Below are positions 6,945 through 17,909 of a stretch of 32,000 nt of DNA, one piece after another. The stretch's first letter is position 1. Every line of letters starts with the position of its first letter. Under the pieces are notes generated by a model that made no database searches, was not told the DNA's origin, and was given only the letters and a program-made list of their open reading frames with translations. The position numbers and the translations under genes are program-made. The stretch is from Caldimicrobium thiodismutans (GTDB lineage Bacteria > Desulfobacterota > Thermodesulfobacteria > Thermodesulfobacteriales > Thermodesulfobacteriaceae): contig NZ_AP014945.1 of NCBI RefSeq assembly GCF_001548275.1, positions 120,001-152,000 on the forward strand, read 5' to 3'.

Positions 6945-7667
6945 ATGCCAAGAAGAGGAAAAAAACACATTCAGGCCCTGTCAAGAATTGATCGCACTAA
7001 GAAATATTCCTTTGAAGAGGCTGTTAAGCTGGCTTTGGAAAATGCCTATGCCAAATTTGATGAAACCGTTGAGGTCTCTGCTGTTTTAGGAGTAGATCCC
7101 CGGCATGCTGATCAGATGGTTAGAGGTTCAGTAGTTTTGCCTCATGGCACTGGAAGAGTAGCCCGAGTGCTTGTTTTTGCTAAGGGCGATAAGGCCAAGG
7201 AGGCTCAGGAAGCAGGAGCTGATTTTGTCGGAGATGAGGATCTTATTAAAAAGATTCAAGAAGAAAACTGGCTTGACTTTGATAAAGTCATAGCTACTCC
7301 TGATATGATGGGACAGGTTAGCAGGCTGGGGAAAATTCTTGGTCCAAGAGGTCTTATGCCCAGCACCAAAACAGGAACTGTTACCTTTGATGTAGCTAAG
7401 GCAGTAAAGGATATAAAGGCTGGGAAGGTTGATTTTAAAGTAGATAGAGCTGGAGTTGTTCATGCCCCGGTGGGCAAAGTGTCCTTTGGAGAGAAAAAGA
7501 TTTTGGAAAACCTGGCTGCTTTTTTTGAGGCCTTGCTTAAGGCCAAGCCTGCAGCTGCTAAAGGGCAGTATATTAAAGGAGTTGCCCTTTCAACTACTAT
7601 GGGCCCAGGTGTAAAAGTTGATGTGAACGATGTTAGAAATCTCTTGCAGAAATATACAGGGGATTAA
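6945..7667 (+). CDS. rplA: 50S ribosomal protein L1
   Basis: This is a 240-aa ORF with FDETVEV...[14 protein letters not shown]...LPHGTG, which are typical L1 motifs. Confidence 0.97.
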   Translation: MPRRGKKHIQALSRIDRTKKYSFEEAVKLALENAYAKFDETVEVSAVLGVDPRHADQMVRGSVVLPHGTGRVARVLVFAKGDKAKEAQEAGADFVGDEDLIKKIQEENWLDFDKVIATPDMMGQVSRLGKILGPRGLMPSTKTGTVTFDVAKAVKDIKAGKVDFKVDRAGVVHAPVGKVSFGEKKILENLAAFFEALLKAKPAAAKGQYIKGVALSTTMGPGVKVDVNDVRNLLQKYTGD

Positions 7668-7825
7668 TATAAATTTTCAGGCCAGAAGGTTCTCTCAATT
7701 AGAGGGGAGACCTTAAGGCCAGAGACGGGTAGGTGCCAGATATTGGCTTAATTCCTGCTATAAAGCAGGGCCTGCCGTAGGCGAAGGGGTACCCTTTCGT
7801 ATGACAAATATTAAGGAGGTTAGCC
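7668..7825 (+). promoter_or_regulatory. Probable L10 (rplJ) leader / autoregulatory 5' UTR
   Basis: A 158-nt GC-enriched, visibly self-complementary spacer lies between rplA and rplJ, for example CTGCTATAAAGCAGGGCCTGCCGTAGGC. This is the position of the known L10(L12)4-binding leader. The structure was not folded. Confidence 0.45.
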
Positions 7826-8356
7826 TTGATTACCAAAGCTAAAAAAGGGGAAATGCTGCAATCTCTAAGGGAAAAGCTTCAAAGGTCAGAGGCTGTTTTT
7901 GTAACTACCTTTAAAGGAATAAAGGTTTCAGAGGTTAATGAGGTCAGAAAACTTGTTCGTGAAAAGGGTGGAGAATATAGGGTATTTAAAAATACCCTTA
8001 TCCGTCTTGGAACAGAGGAGACCTCTTTTAAACCGGTTGTGGATTTTGTGGAAGGGCCAACGGCGCTGGTGTTTTCTTATAAAGATCCTGTAGAGATTGC
8101 CAAGGCCTTAAAAGAATTTATTAAAACCCATCCAACCCTTGAAATTAAGGGTCTGGTAATGCAAGGTAAGGGCTATGATGCCAAAGTGATAGATGAATTT
8201 GTCAAGCTTCCACCCAAAGAAGTTCTTTTGGCCCAGGTGTTGGGAACTATTCAAGCCCCGGTCTCCAATTTCGTGGGGCTTCTTTCTGCTATTTTGAGAA
8301 ACTTCCTCTATGTGCTCAAAGCTATTGAAGAGAAAAAGGGAAAAGGAGAGGCCTAA
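7826..8356 (+). CDS. rplJ: 50S ribosomal protein L10 (TTG start)
   Basis: This is a 176-aa ORF starting at TTG, 6 nt after AAGGAGGT. The call rests on sequence and on the position between rplA and rplL. Confidence 0.93.
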   Translation: MITKAKKGEMLQSLREKLQRSEAVFVTTFKGIKVSEVNEVRKLVREKGGEYRVFKNTLIRLGTEETSFKPVVDFVEGPTALVFSYKDPVEIAKALKEFIKTHPTLEIKGLVMQGKGYDAKVIDEFVKLPPKEVLLAQVLGTIQAPVSNFVGLLSAILRNFLYVLKAIEEKKGKGEA

Positions 8357-8387
8357 AATAAAAAGAAAATAAAAAGGAGGGTAAGAG

Positions 8388-8777
8388 ATGGCGGTAACTA
8401 AAGAAGAGGTAATTGAGTTTATTTCTAACATGACGGTGCTTGAACTTTCTCAGTTCATTAAGGAGCTTGAGGAGAAATTTGGAGTTACAGCAGCCGCTCC
8501 TGTTGCAGCTGTTGCAGCTATGCCTGGTGCTGCAGCTCCAGCTGAGGCAGCTCCAGCTGAAGAAAAGACCGAGTTTGATGTAGTCTTAGCTGAGGCAGGA
8601 GCTAATAAGATCAATGTCATCAAGGTTGTGAGAGAGATCACCGGGCTTGGACTTAAGGAAGCCAAAGATCTCGTTGAGACTGCTCCCAAACCAGTGAAAA
8701 CTGGTATCTCTAAGGCTGAGGCTGAAGAGATCAAAAAGAAATTAGAAGAAGTAGGTGCCAAGGTAGAAATTAAGTAG
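8388..8777 (+). CDS. rplL: 50S ribosomal protein L7/L12
   Basis: This is a 129-aa ORF with an Ala/Pro-rich hinge ([25 protein letters not shown]) and a conserved C-terminal domain ([24 protein letters not shown]). Confidence 0.97.
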   Translation: MAVTKEEVIEFISNMTVLELSQFIKELEEKFGVTAAAPVAAVAAMPGAAAPAEAAPAEEKTEFDVVLAEAGANKINVIKVVREITGLGLKEAKDLVETAPKPVKTGISKAEAEEIKKKLEEVGAKVEIK

Positions 8778-8779
8778 CC

Positions 8780-8855
8780 TTGACAAAATTAGTATTCAGG
8801 GATAATCTTTTATGAGGGAACTCCCTCTCTGAGGGAGGGCCCTTATTGTCTTTTT
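8780..8855 (+). promoter_or_regulatory. rplL-rpoB intergenic region: candidate internal promoter plus two mutually exclusive hairpins (possible attenuator)
   Basis: TTGACA (8780-8785), a 17-nt spacer, TAATCT (8803-8808). Hairpin GAGGGA-ac-TCCCTC (8814-8827) competes with CTCCCT-ctctg-AGGGAG (8821-8837). A T-rich run follows at 8847-8855. Confidence 0.35.
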
Positions 8856-8883
8856 AGAGATCTCAAAAGGAGGGATTTCAGGA

Positions 8884-11800
8884 ATGTCAAGGTTTAATCA
8901 GGCTTTGAAGGTTAGAAAAAACTTTGGTAAAGTAAAACTAATTATGGATGTTCCGGATCTTATTAGTATTCCCAAAAAGTCCTACGAACAATTTTTACAA
9001 ACCAATACGCCCCCGGAAAATAGGGCAGATGTTGGAATTCACAGATGTTTTAAGCTCGTCTTTCCTATAAGGGATTATGCTGAAACTGCTGTGCTTGAAT
9101 ATCTGGATTATAAAATTTTACCTCCTGAATATGAACCATCAGAGGCCAAGGATAAAGGGCAAAGCTATGAAGCGCCTATGAAACTAAGGGTGAGGCTTGT
9201 GACCTATGACCTTGATCCAGATACAGGTGTTAAGAGTATAAGGGATATAAAGGAGCAAGAGCTTTATTTTGGAACTATTCCTATAATGACTGAAGATGGA
9301 AAGTTTATTATTAATGGCACAGAAAGAGCAGTGGTTAATCAGATCCAGAGATCTCCTGGAGTTATTTTTGAAAAAGATAAAACTCAGGCTCGGGCAGGAA
9401 GATTAACCTACATTGGAAGGGTTATTCCTGTTAAAGGTTCCTGGGTGGACTTTATTTATGATTACAAAGGGAGGTTTTTAGTAAGGATAGATAAGAGGAA
9501 AAATGTTACTGCAACGGTTTTTCTAAAAGCCATGGGGTTAAGTGAGGAGGCTATTTTAAATCTATTTTATCCAAGAGAAAGATACTATATTCTGCCAGAT
9601 GGGGTAGAAAGAGAGCTTGATTTTGAGATTCTGGCAGGCAGAAAGGCAGAGGCAGATTTTGTCCATCCCGAAACAGGCGAGGTAATTCTGAAAAAAGGTA
9701 AGGTCATTAGCGCAGGAGTTATAAGAAAGCTAAAAGAGCTGGGAATAAATAAAATAAATGGAGATGATTCCCTAATCCTCGGGAAAATCACTGCTAAGGA
9801 TATTGTGGATAAGACAACTGGAGAAGAGATTGTCCCTATTAATACAGAAATTACCGCTGATACCTTAAAGATTTTAAGAGAAAAGGGAATTAAAGAGGTA
9901 GATGTCCTCTTTACAGATATTCATCGCTATTCTCTTGCCCTGCGGGATTCTTTGAAGACTGATAAGGCAAAAAACAGAGAAGAGGCCCTTCTTGAGATCT
10001 ATAAAAAGATGAGACCTACAAGTCCTGCTACCATAGAGGTTGCTTCTGCCTATTTTAATTCCCTCTTTTTTGATCTTCAGACCTATGACCTTTCGGAGAT
10101 AGGAAGATATAAGATGAATTTAAGGTTGGGGCTTGATATACCCATTACCCATAGAACCCTCACCTTAGATGATGTGATTGCTATTTTGAAAGAACTTATC
10201 CGGATGAAGGATCAGGAAGAGGAAGGAGATGATATAGATAGTCTTTCTAATAGAAGGGTAAGAGCAGTTGGTGAACTTGTAGAAAATCAGTTTTTAATTG
10301 GACTTATGCGTATGGAAAGGATTATAAAAGAAAAACTTCAGCTTGAAGAGATTGAGAATCTTACTCCTGGCGATCTTATTAACAGCAAGCCTGTTCTTTC
10401 TGCAGTGAAGGAGTTTTTCGCTCAGGGACAGCTCTCTCAATTTATGGATCAGACTAATGTTCTTTCCATGCTAACGCATAAGAGAAGGCTTTCTGCCCTT
10501 GGTCCTGGCGGGCTTACTCGTGAAAGGGCAGGTTTTGAGGTTAGAGATGTCCACCCCAGCCATTATGGCAGGATATGTCCTATTGAGACCCCTGAGGGTC
10601 CCAACATTGGTTTAATTATTTCTCCAACTACCTTTGCTCTTGCCAATCCTTATGGATTTCTTGAGACTCCATACCGACTTGTTAAGAATGGGAAGGTTAC
10701 TTCTCAGGTGATTTATTTAAATGCTGCTGAAGAAAGGGATATGGTTATTGCCCAGTCAACCATTCGGCTTGGAAAGGATGGAAGCATTCTGGATGATGTT
10801 GTTCCAGCCAGAAAAAATGGAGAATTCATTATGGCTAAAAGAGAGGAGGTGGACTTAGTTGACCTTTATCCAGCTCAGGTTGTTAGTGTCTCAACCTCTC
10901 TTATTCCTTTCTTAGAACACGATGATGCTAACCGTGCCCTTATGGGCTCAAACATGCAAAGACAGGCTGTTCCACTTATGCGAACCAAAGCTCCTTTAGT
11001 AGGCTCAGGTATGGAAAAAAGTGTAGCCAGAAATTCGGGATTTCTCTTGATGGCTGAAAAAGATGGAGTGGTTGAGAGTGTTGATAGCCAGAGAATAATT
11101 GTGAGATATGATGTTGAAGTTGATGGTCTTCCTGAGGTTAAGGTCTACAATTTGATAAAATGGGTAAAATCCAATCAAAATACAACTTTCATACAAAAAC
11201 CTGTGGTAAAACCTGGTCAGAGAGTAAGAAAGGGTGATATTTTAGCAGATGGACCATCTATAGAAAAGGGGGAACTTGCCTTAGGGAAAGATGTTATTGT
11301 GGCTTTTATGCCCTGGAGGGGATATAACTTTGAGGATTCTATAATTATCTCCGAAAGGCTTGTTAAAGAAGATGTTTTTACTTCTATTCACATTGAGGAA
11401 TTTGAGTGTGTAGCCAGGGAAACTAAAATTGGAAAGGAAGAGATCACCCGCGATCTTCCCAATATTGGTGAGGAAGGCCTTCTTCACCTTGATGACAGCG
11501 GAATAGTTAAGATTGGAAGCTATGTCCGCCCTGGAGATATTTTAGTTGGAAAGGTGACCCCTAAGGGAGAGACGACCCTTACTGCAGAGGAAAGGCTTTT
11601 AAGAGCTATTTTTGGAGAAAAGGCAAGAGATGTTAAGGATACCTCTTTAAGGGTTCCAGCAGGAATTGAGGGAATAGTCATTGATACTAAGGTCCTAACC
11701 AGAAAGGGAGTTGAGAAGGATAGTCGGGCAAGAGAAAAGGAAGATGAGGCCATTGCGAGACTATTAAGGACCCAGGCGGATGTGTTGGAAGTATTGCAGA

Positions 11801-12969
11801 AAGGTCTGATTTATAAACTTACTCAAGTGCTTGAGGGAACGAAGGCCAAGGCTGATTTAGAATGGGAAGGAGAGATTTTTTTGAAAAAGGGAGAGCCCTT
11901 TACTCGGGAATTAATAGCGAACTTACCTATGGCTCTCTTAAGCAGGTTAAAGGATGTGGCTCACCAGGAGAAAAAAGCAATTTTACAGGAGCTCTGGAAA
12001 AATTTTGAGAAGAGAAGAAGAGAGATTATGGAGGAATATGAGGCTAAGATTAATAGAATTAAGAAGGGTGAAGAACTTCCACCAGGAGTTTTGAAAATTG
12101 TAAAGGTCTATGTGGCAATGAAAAGGAAGCTTCAGCCCGGAGATAAGATGGCTGGTCGTCATGGAAACAAAGGTGTAGTATCAAAGATTGTTCCCATTGA
12201 GGATATGCCCTTTTTACCTGATGGTAGACCAGTTGATATGATTCTCTCTCCTCTTGGAGTGCCCTCGCGTATGAATATCGGACAGCTTCTTGAAACTCAC
12301 TTGGGTTGGGCCTGCAAGGAGCTTGGAGCCAAACTTGCAAGTCTTGCGCAGACCTATCAGATAGAAGCTGTTAAAAATCTTCTGAAAGAGATTTTTACGG
12401 AGGAGGAATTTGAAAGATTAGTTGAGGGAAAAACAGAGGAGGAAATTCTTGAGCTTGCTAAGGCCTTTGGAGAGGGAATTCCTGTTGCAACTCCCGTATT
12501 TTCTGGAGCCAAGGAAGAAGAAATCAAAAAGTGGCTGAAATTAGCAGGGCTTGATGAATCAGGAACAACTATTCTTTATGACGGTATGACTGGAGAACCC
12601 TTTATGGAGAGGGTTACCGTTGGATGTATGCACATGCTAAAGTTACACCACTTAGTGGACGATAAGATTCATGCCAGATCAACAGGGCCATATTCCCTTA
12701 TAACTCAACAGCCCTTAGGTGGAAAGTCTCAATTTGGAGGACAGAGGCTTGGTGAGATGGAAGTATGGGCTATTGAGGCCTATGGTGCTGCTCATACCCT
12801 GCAAGAATTTCTAACTGTCAAGAGCGATGATGTAGAGGGTAGAACCAGAATGTATGAGAAACTGGTTAAAGGGAAAAACTTTCTTGAGGCAGGTATACCT
12901 GAAAGCTTCAGAGTTTTAACTAAAGAGCTTCAGGGATTAGCCTTAGATTTAGAACTCATAGAAGAATAA
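8884..12969 (+). CDS. rpoB: DNA-directed RNA polymerase subunit beta
   Basis: This is a 1361-aa ORF. Conserved blocks include [45 protein letters not shown] and [17 protein letters not shown]. Confidence 0.98.
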   Translation: MSRFNQALKVRKNFGKVKLIMDVPDLISIPKKSYEQFLQTNTPPENRADVGIHRCFKLVFPIRDYAETAVLEYLDYKILPPEYEPSEAKDKGQSYEAPMKLRVRLVTYDLDPDTGVKSIRDIKEQELYFGTIPIMTEDGKFIINGTERAVVNQIQRSPGVIFEKDKTQARAGRLTYIGRVIPVKGSWVDFIYDYKGRFLVRIDKRKNVTATVFLKAMGLSEEAILNLFYPRERYYILPDGVERELDFEILAGRKAEADFVHPETGEVILKKGKVISAGVIRKLKELGINKINGDDSLILGKITAKDIVDKTTGEEIVPINTEITADTLKILREKGIKEVDVLFTDIHRYSLALRDSLKTDKAKNREEALLEIYKKMRPTSPATIEVASAYFNSLFFDLQTYDLSEIGRYKMNLRLGLDIPITHRTLTLDDVIAILKELIRMKDQEEEGDDIDSLSNRRVRAVGELVENQFLIGLMRMERIIKEKLQLEEIENLTPGDLINSKPVLSAVKEFFAQGQLSQFMDQTNVLSMLTHKRRLSALGPGGLTRERAGFEVRDVHPSHYGRICPIETPEGPNIGLIISPTTFALANPYGFLETPYRLVKNGKVTSQVIYLNAAEERDMVIAQSTIRLGKDGSILDDVVPARKNGEFIMAKREEVDLVDLYPAQVVSVSTSLIPFLEHDDANRALMGSNMQRQAVPLMRTKAPLVGSGMEKSVARNSGFLLMAEKDGVVESVDSQRIIVRYDVEVDGLPEVKVYNLIKWVKSNQNTTFIQKPVVKPGQRVRKGDILADGPSIEKGELALGKDVIVAFMPWRGYNFEDSIIISERLVKEDVFTSIHIEEFECVARETKIGKEEITRDLPNIGEEGLLHLDDSGIVKIGSYVRPGDILVGKVTPKGETTLTAEERLLRAIFGEKARDVKDTSLRVPAGIEGIVIDTKVLTRKGVEKDSRAREKEDEAIARLLRTQADVLEVLQKGLIYKLTQVLEGTKAKADLEWEGEIFLKKGEPFTRELIANLPMALLSRLKDVAHQEKKAILQELWKNFEKRRREIMEEYEAKINRIKKGEELPPGVLKIVKVYVAMKRKLQPGDKMAGRHGNKGVVSKIVPIEDMPFLPDGRPVDMILSPLGVPSRMNIGQLLETHLGWACKELGAKLASLAQTYQIEAVKNLLKEIFTEEEFERLVEGKTEEEILELAKAFGEGIPVATPVFSGAKEEEIKKWLKLAGLDESGTTILYDGMTGEPFMERVTVGCMHMLKLHHLVDDKIHARSTGPYSLITQQPLGGKSQFGGQRLGEMEVWAIEAYGAAHTLQEFLTVKSDDVEGRTRMYEKLVKGKNFLEAGIPESFRVLTKELQGLALDLELIEE

Positions 12970-12989
12970 GTTTCGTAGGAGGGAGATAA

Positions 12990-15900
12990 ATGAAAGACCT
13001 CTTAAGTATCCTTGAAAAACCCAAGGACATGATTCGCCTTAGGGCAGTTAAGGTTGCATTAGCAAGCCCTGAGAAGATTAGGGAATGGAGTTATGGTGAG
13101 GTAAAAAAACCTGAGACCATCAATTATAGAACTCTTAAGCCTGAGAGAGATGGCCTTTTCTGTGCCAAAATTTTTGGGCCTGTAAGGGACTATGAGTGCG
13201 TCTGCGGTAAATACAGGGGACAGAAACACAGAGGGGTTATTTGCGAAAAGTGTGGAGTTGAGGTTATTCAGAGCAAAGTTCGCCGAGAAAGACTTGGACA
13301 CATTGAACTTGCAGCTCCCGTTGCCCATATCTGGTTCTTGAGAAGTATTCCCTCAAAAATTGGGCTTCTTCTGGATATGACTCTGAAAGAAGTTGAGTCA
13401 GTTCTTTATTTAGAAAGATATGTGGTTATTGAAAGTGCCATAGAAGAGTTTCCTGTTGGCACTCTTTTAACTGAGGAGAAATATTACTATCTTCAGGAGA
13501 CTTATGGAGATAAGATTAAGATCGGGACAGGCGCTTCAGCTATTTATGACCTTCTTAAGGGCCTTGACCTGGAAAAACTTGCTAAGGATATTCAGATAGA
13601 GATGCAAACAACTCATAGTGAGGCCAGAAGGAAGAAGTTAGGAAAAAGGCTTCAACTTATCAGAAGCTTTCTTGAATCTGGCAACAAACCTGAGTGGATG
13701 ATCTTACAGGTTATTCCAGTTATTCCTCCTGAGCTTAGGCCTCTTGTTCCCCTTGAGGGAGGTAGATTTGCAACTTCAGATCTAAACGATCTTTACAGAA
13801 GGGTTATCAATAGAAATGTGCGTTTAAAAAAACTTATAGACCTTGATGCCCCGGAGATTATTCTCAGGAATGAAAAGAGAATGCTTCAGGAGGCGGTTGA
13901 TGCCCTTTTTGACAATGGAAGGAGAGGAAGACCGGTTACTGGCCCTAATCGGAGACCCCTCAAAAGCCTTTCAGATGTCTTAAAGGGTAAGCAGGGGCGC
14001 TTTAGACAGAATCTTCTGGGAAAAAGGGTAGATTTTTCTGGAAGGTCAGTTATTGTGGCTGGTCCGGAGCTCAGGATGCACCAGTGTGGGCTTCCCAAGA
14101 AGATGGCTCTTGAGCTCTTTAAACCCTATATCTTTGGCTGGCTGGAAAGAAACGGATATGCCACCAATATCAAAACTGCAAGAAAATTGGTAGAAGAAGA
14201 GCATATGGTGGTCTGGGATGCCCTTGAGGAGATTGTTAAGGAGTATCCCATAATGCTCAACCGAGCACCTACGCTTCATCGTCTTGGAATACAAGCCTTT
14301 GAACCTGTGCTTATTGATACCAAGGCTATTCAGCTTCATCCCCTTGTGTGCGTAGCTTACAATGCAGACTTTGATGGAGACCAGATGGCAGTGCATGTGC
14401 CTCTCTCTGTTGAGGCTCAGATTGAGAACCGTGTTCTTATTCTTTCCACTAATAATATTCTGCTTCCTGCCAATGGGGTGCCAGTTGTTTATCCAACCCA
14501 GGATATGGTGCTTGGCTCTTTTTATATGACCATGGAGAGACCTTTTGCTCCTGGAGAGGGGAAGATTTTTAAAGATAAAGAGGAGGTCTTTTTGGCCTAT
14601 CTTTCAGGCGAGGTGCACCTCCAGGCCAAAATTAAGGTGCGGCTGAATGGAAAACTTGTGGATACAACGGTTGGAAGGATTATTTTTTCAAGTATTGTGC
14701 CTGAGGAAATACCCTTTGAGGAATATAACAAACCCTTGAGGAAAAAGGAACTTCAGGATTTAATCAATGTCTCCTATAGAAGGGCTGGCCTTAAAAAGAC
14801 TGTTCTCTTTGCGGATCGCATTAAAGATCTGGGTTATGCCATGGCTACAAAAGCTGGGCTTTCAATTTCCATAGATTATTTAGTGATTCCTGAGAAAAAG
14901 ACAGAGATCTTAAGAGAGGCTGAGAGAAGAATTGCTGAACTTTGGGAGCAATATCAGGATGGTTTAATCACCGAGTCTGAGAGATACAATAAGGCCATAG
15001 ATATCTGGTCCACAACTACAGAAAGGATTACCGATGAGATGATGAAGCGTATGGAGACTGGAGAATACATTGGTCCTAATGGAGAGAAAGTGATGGGGCC
15101 AAGTTTTAATCCTGTTTATATAATGGCTTTTTCAGGAGCCCGTGGATCAAAGGACCAGATTAGACAGCTTGCTGGTATGAGGGGTCTTATGGCGAAACCT
15201 TCAGGAGAGATCATTGAGACCCCTATTAAAAGTAATTTTAGAGAGGGCCTTTCAGTTCTTGAATACTTTGTCTCCACCCATGGAGCAAGAAAAGGATTGG
15301 CTGATACCGCTTTGAAGACCGCAAATGCAGGATATCTTACCCGAAAATTAGTGGATGTCGCTCAGGACTGCATTGTATCAGAAGAGGATTGCGGAACCAT
15401 TGATGGTTTAGAGATCGGGCATCTCATTGAAGGTGGAGAAATCATTGAGCCTGTTTGGGACAGGGTGCTTGGAAGGGTTGCGCTTGAAGATATTGTAGAT
15501 CCTATTACAGGAGAGATTCTGGTTAAGGCAAATGAGGAAATTGATGAAAGGAAGGCCCTTAAACTTAAGGAAGCTGGAATTGAAAAAGTAGCTATCCGTT
15601 CGGTGATGACCTGTGAGGCCAAATTTGGGGTATGCAGAAGGTGTTATGGAAGAGATCTGGCTACAGGAAGGCTTGTTGAGATAGGAGAGGCTGTGGGAAT
15701 AATTGCAGCTCAATCCATTGGTGAGCCTGGAACTCAGCTTACAATGAGAACCTTCCACATTGGTGGTGCTGTGGGTAAGGCCCTTGAGCAGAGTCAGCAT
15801 GTGGCTCAATCTCAGGGGAAGGTAAAATTTATCAATTTGAGGGCTGTAAGAAGGTCTGATGGATCTCTGGTGGCTTTAAATCGTCAGGGAGAGATAGCTC

Positions 15901-17051
15901 TTGAAGGCCCAGATGGAAGAATTCTTGAAAAGTATCCTGTAGTTTACGGAGCTAAAATCCGTGTAGAAGAGGGAGAGGTTGTTAAGGCCGGAACTCTTCT
16001 TGTAGAGTGGGATCCCTATACCATGCCTATCATTACTGAGGCCTCTGGAAAGGTGAAATTTGGTGACATCATTGATGGTGTAACTGTGGATGAGAGGATT
16101 GATCCCACTACAGGAAGAATTACTATTGTAGTAAGAGATTACAAGCTTACCGATTATAGACCCAGAGTCTCAATTAAAGATGAGAAGGGAAGAACTATTG
16201 ATCTTCCAGAAGGGAGAGGAAAAGCAAGATATGAACTTCCCGTAGGGGCAATTATAAGTGTGCAGGAGGGAGATCAGGTTGAGGCAGGAGATGTAATAGC
16301 CCGTATTCCCAGAGAGGCCCTTAAGGCCAAAGATATTACGGGTGGTCTTCCTAAGGTTACAGATCTCTTTGAGGCCAGAAAACCCAAAGAAAGCGCCATA
16401 ATTAGTGAGATTGAGGGAAGAATCCTTTTTGAAAAGGATGTGCGTGGAAGAAAAAGGCTTGTTGTTCAGCCTGAAATCGGAGAGGCCAAGGAATACATGC
16501 TACCCAAAGGTAAATACATTGTGGTGCGAGAGGGTGATGTGGTTAAGCCAGGAGAACCTTTAATTGAGGGGTCTCCTAATCCTCATGACATCCTCAAGGT
16601 AGCAGGTATAAAGGGAGTGGCAAGTTTTCTTGTGGAAGAGATTCAAGAGGTTTACCGACTGCAAGGTGTTAAAATCAATGATAAACACTTTGAGGTTATA
16701 ATCAGGCAGATGTTGAAAAAGGTAAAGATTAAGGATGCCGGGGATACTCCCTTTATGATAGGAGAATATGTGGATAGGGTTCACTTTGAGGAGGAGAATG
16801 AAAAGGTTCTGGCTCAGGGTGGAAAGCCAGCTGTGGCTGAGCCAGTTATCCTTGGAATTACCAAGGCAGCCCTTCTTACTGATTCTTGGTTATCAGCAGC
16901 CTCTTTCCAGGAGACAACTCGTGTTTTAACAGAGGCTTCTTTGGCTGGTAAAATTGATTATCTCAAAGGACTAAAGGAAAATGTCATAATTGGAAGACTT
17001 ATTCCAGCTGGAACAGGAAGAGTTTTATATGAAGAACTTGGATGGGTATAG
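12990..17051 (+). CDS. rpoC: DNA-directed RNA polymerase subunit beta'
   Basis: This is a 1353-aa ORF with the Zn-binding CVCGKY...CEKCGV motif, the catalytic [14 protein letters not shown] motif and the trigger-loop/bridge-helix regions. Confidence 0.98.
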   Translation: MKDLLSILEKPKDMIRLRAVKVALASPEKIREWSYGEVKKPETINYRTLKPERDGLFCAKIFGPVRDYECVCGKYRGQKHRGVICEKCGVEVIQSKVRRERLGHIELAAPVAHIWFLRSIPSKIGLLLDMTLKEVESVLYLERYVVIESAIEEFPVGTLLTEEKYYYLQETYGDKIKIGTGASAIYDLLKGLDLEKLAKDIQIEMQTTHSEARRKKLGKRLQLIRSFLESGNKPEWMILQVIPVIPPELRPLVPLEGGRFATSDLNDLYRRVINRNVRLKKLIDLDAPEIILRNEKRMLQEAVDALFDNGRRGRPVTGPNRRPLKSLSDVLKGKQGRFRQNLLGKRVDFSGRSVIVAGPELRMHQCGLPKKMALELFKPYIFGWLERNGYATNIKTARKLVEEEHMVVWDALEEIVKEYPIMLNRAPTLHRLGIQAFEPVLIDTKAIQLHPLVCVAYNADFDGDQMAVHVPLSVEAQIENRVLILSTNNILLPANGVPVVYPTQDMVLGSFYMTMERPFAPGEGKIFKDKEEVFLAYLSGEVHLQAKIKVRLNGKLVDTTVGRIIFSSIVPEEIPFEEYNKPLRKKELQDLINVSYRRAGLKKTVLFADRIKDLGYAMATKAGLSISIDYLVIPEKKTEILREAERRIAELWEQYQDGLITESERYNKAIDIWSTTTERITDEMMKRMETGEYIGPNGEKVMGPSFNPVYIMAFSGARGSKDQIRQLAGMRGLMAKPSGEIIETPIKSNFREGLSVLEYFVSTHGARKGLADTALKTANAGYLTRKLVDVAQDCIVSEEDCGTIDGLEIGHLIEGGEIIEPVWDRVLGRVALEDIVDPITGEILVKANEEIDERKALKLKEAGIEKVAIRSVMTCEAKFGVCRRCYGRDLATGRLVEIGEAVGIIAAQSIGEPGTQLTMRTFHIGGAVGKALEQSQHVAQSQGKVKFINLRAVRRSDGSLVALNRQGEIALEGPDGRILEKYPVVYGAKIRVEEGEVVKAGTLLVEWDPYTMPIITEASGKVKFGDIIDGVTVDERIDPTTGRITIVVRDYKLTDYRPRVSIKDEKGRTIDLPEGRGKARYELPVGAIISVQEGDQVEAGDVIARIPREALKAKDITGGLPKVTDLFEARKPKESAIISEIEGRILFEKDVRGRKRLVVQPEIGEAKEYMLPKGKYIVVREGDVVKPGEPLIEGSPNPHDILKVAGIKGVASFLVEEIQEVYRLQGVKINDKHFEVIIRQMLKKVKIKDAGDTPFMIGEYVDRVHFEEENEKVLAQGGKPAVAEPVILGITKAALLTDSWLSAASFQETTRVLTEASLAGKIDYLKGLKENVIIGRLIPAGTGRVLYEELGWV

Positions 17052-17056
17052 AGGGG

Positions 17057-17096
17057 AGGGCAGGGCAAAAGGCCCTGCCCTTTCTCTTTATTTTTT
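17057..17096. terminator. Stem-loop terminator between convergent rpoC and rpsO
   Basis: AGGGCAGGGC-aaaag-GCCCTGCCCT (17057-17081) is followed by TTCTCTTTATTTTTT on the plus strand. The T-tract overlaps the rpsO stop region. On the minus strand the trailing sequence is not U-rich. Confidence 0.75.
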
Positions 17097-17357
17097 GAGG
17101 CCTAATTCTTTTAGAAGGGCTTGATAGCGTAAAAAGTCTTTCTTTTTCAGATAATCAAGAAGGGATCTTCTTTGGCCGATAAGCATCATAAGTCCTCTAC
17201 GGGAGTGAAAATCTTTACGATGAATGCGAAGGTGTTCTTCAAGTTGTTTGATTCTTGCGGTAAGAAGTGCGATCTGCACCTCAGGGGAGCCTGTATCCTG
17301 AGGATGTCTTTGAAAGTGGGTAATGATTTGATTTTTAACCTCCGGATCTAAAGGCAT
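17088..17357 (-). CDS. rpsO: 30S ribosomal protein S15
   Basis: This is an 89-aa [45 protein letters not shown] is the canonical S15 sequence. The SD AAGGAGGT precedes the start. Confidence 0.96.
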   Translation of the reverse strand: MPLDPEVKNQIITHFQRHPQDTGSPEVQIALLTARIKQLEEHLRIHRKDFHSRRGLMMLIGQRRSLLDYLKKKDFLRYQALLKELGLKK

Positions 17358-17483
17358 TTTTGAAACCTCCTTTTAATTTATTTTTAAGCCTGAGAGGGGA
17401 TGCCCCACCACCCAAGCAGTAGATAAAATATAACGGATTTTAGGGAAAAAACAAGAGAAGGGTGGTTGTTCTGGGGATTTATG

Positions 17484-17574
17484 CGGAGGAGGAGGGATTC
17501 GAACCCCCGGAGGGAGCTAATACTCCCTCAGCCGATTTCGAGTCGGCCCCCTTCGTCCACTCAGGCACTCCTCC
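17484..17574 (-). tRNA. tRNA-Ser (anticodon CGA), class II
   Basis: The minus strand reads GGAGGAGTGCCTGAGTGG...GACTCGAAATC...GGGGGTTCGAATCCCTCCTCCTCCG. The acceptor GGAGGAG pairs with CTCCTCC, the variable arm is long and no CCA is encoded. Confidence 0.9.
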
Positions 17575-17583
17575 TTTTTTTAA

Positions 17584-17643
17584 ATTTTAAGCCCTCAAAA
17601 GCCCCTGTCAAGATAATATATGCGTCCATATCTTTTGAGACTC
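17584..17643 (-). promoter_or_regulatory. Box-type promoter P3 for tRNA-Ser (and possibly rpsO)
   Basis: On the minus strand: box GAGTCTCAAAAGATATGGACGCATAT (17643-17618), a 6-nt gap, TTGACA (17611-17606), a 16-nt spacer, TAAAAT (17589-17584), then 9 nt to the tRNA 5' end. Confidence 0.65.
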
Positions 17644-17699
17644 AAATCTACCCTACACCCAACCCAAATCATTCATTTTTTGAATAATTTTATTTAATT

Positions 17700-17854
17700 C
17701 TCATTTTACAGTAGGGGTAAACCTATGTGTTTGCCCTCTTTGGGTATCACCTTTCACCTTTTTACCTCTCACCTTTTACTACCCTTTTTGCCTATATTGA
17801 TCTAAAGTTATGAAGGAAGATTACATCTTTACCTGAAAATATGAATTTACATAA
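17700..17854. repeat. Mosaic repeat segment upstream of P3: GTAGGGG box, C/T-rich (anti-SD-like) heptad tract and a degenerate distal box
   Basis: CAGTAGGGGTAAACC lies at about 17709-17725. TCACCTTTCACCTTTTTACCTCTCACCTTTTACTACCC lies at about 17747-17785. GAAAATATGAATTTACATAA (17835-17854) resembles the box in inverted orientation, matching about 12 of 19 positions. Confidence 0.55.
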
Positions 17855-17875
17855 ATTTAGATTTATCTGACTCTC

Positions 17876-17903
17876 TTGAAATCCCCCTAATTTCTGGCAA
17901 AAT
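17876..17903 (+). promoter_or_regulatory. Sigma-70-like promoter placed for a leaderless transcript of the 17910 gene
   Basis: TTGAAA (17876-17881), a 16-nt spacer, CAAAAT (17898-17903), 6 nt, then the ATG at 17910. There is no SD. Confidence 0.45.
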
Positions 17904-17909
17904 ACCTCT

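Noticed and set aside
9585-16784. Antisense ORFs inside rpoB and rpoC, for example 9585-9791, 11005-11196, 12059-12340, 14046-14396 and 15408-15809.
   Set aside because: They are embedded in long, conserved RNAP subunit genes, have no independent signals, and are typical shadow frames.
17466-17687. A 73-aa plus-strand ORF.
   Set aside because: It is the antisense translation of tRNA-Ser and its promoter. No coding signals are present.
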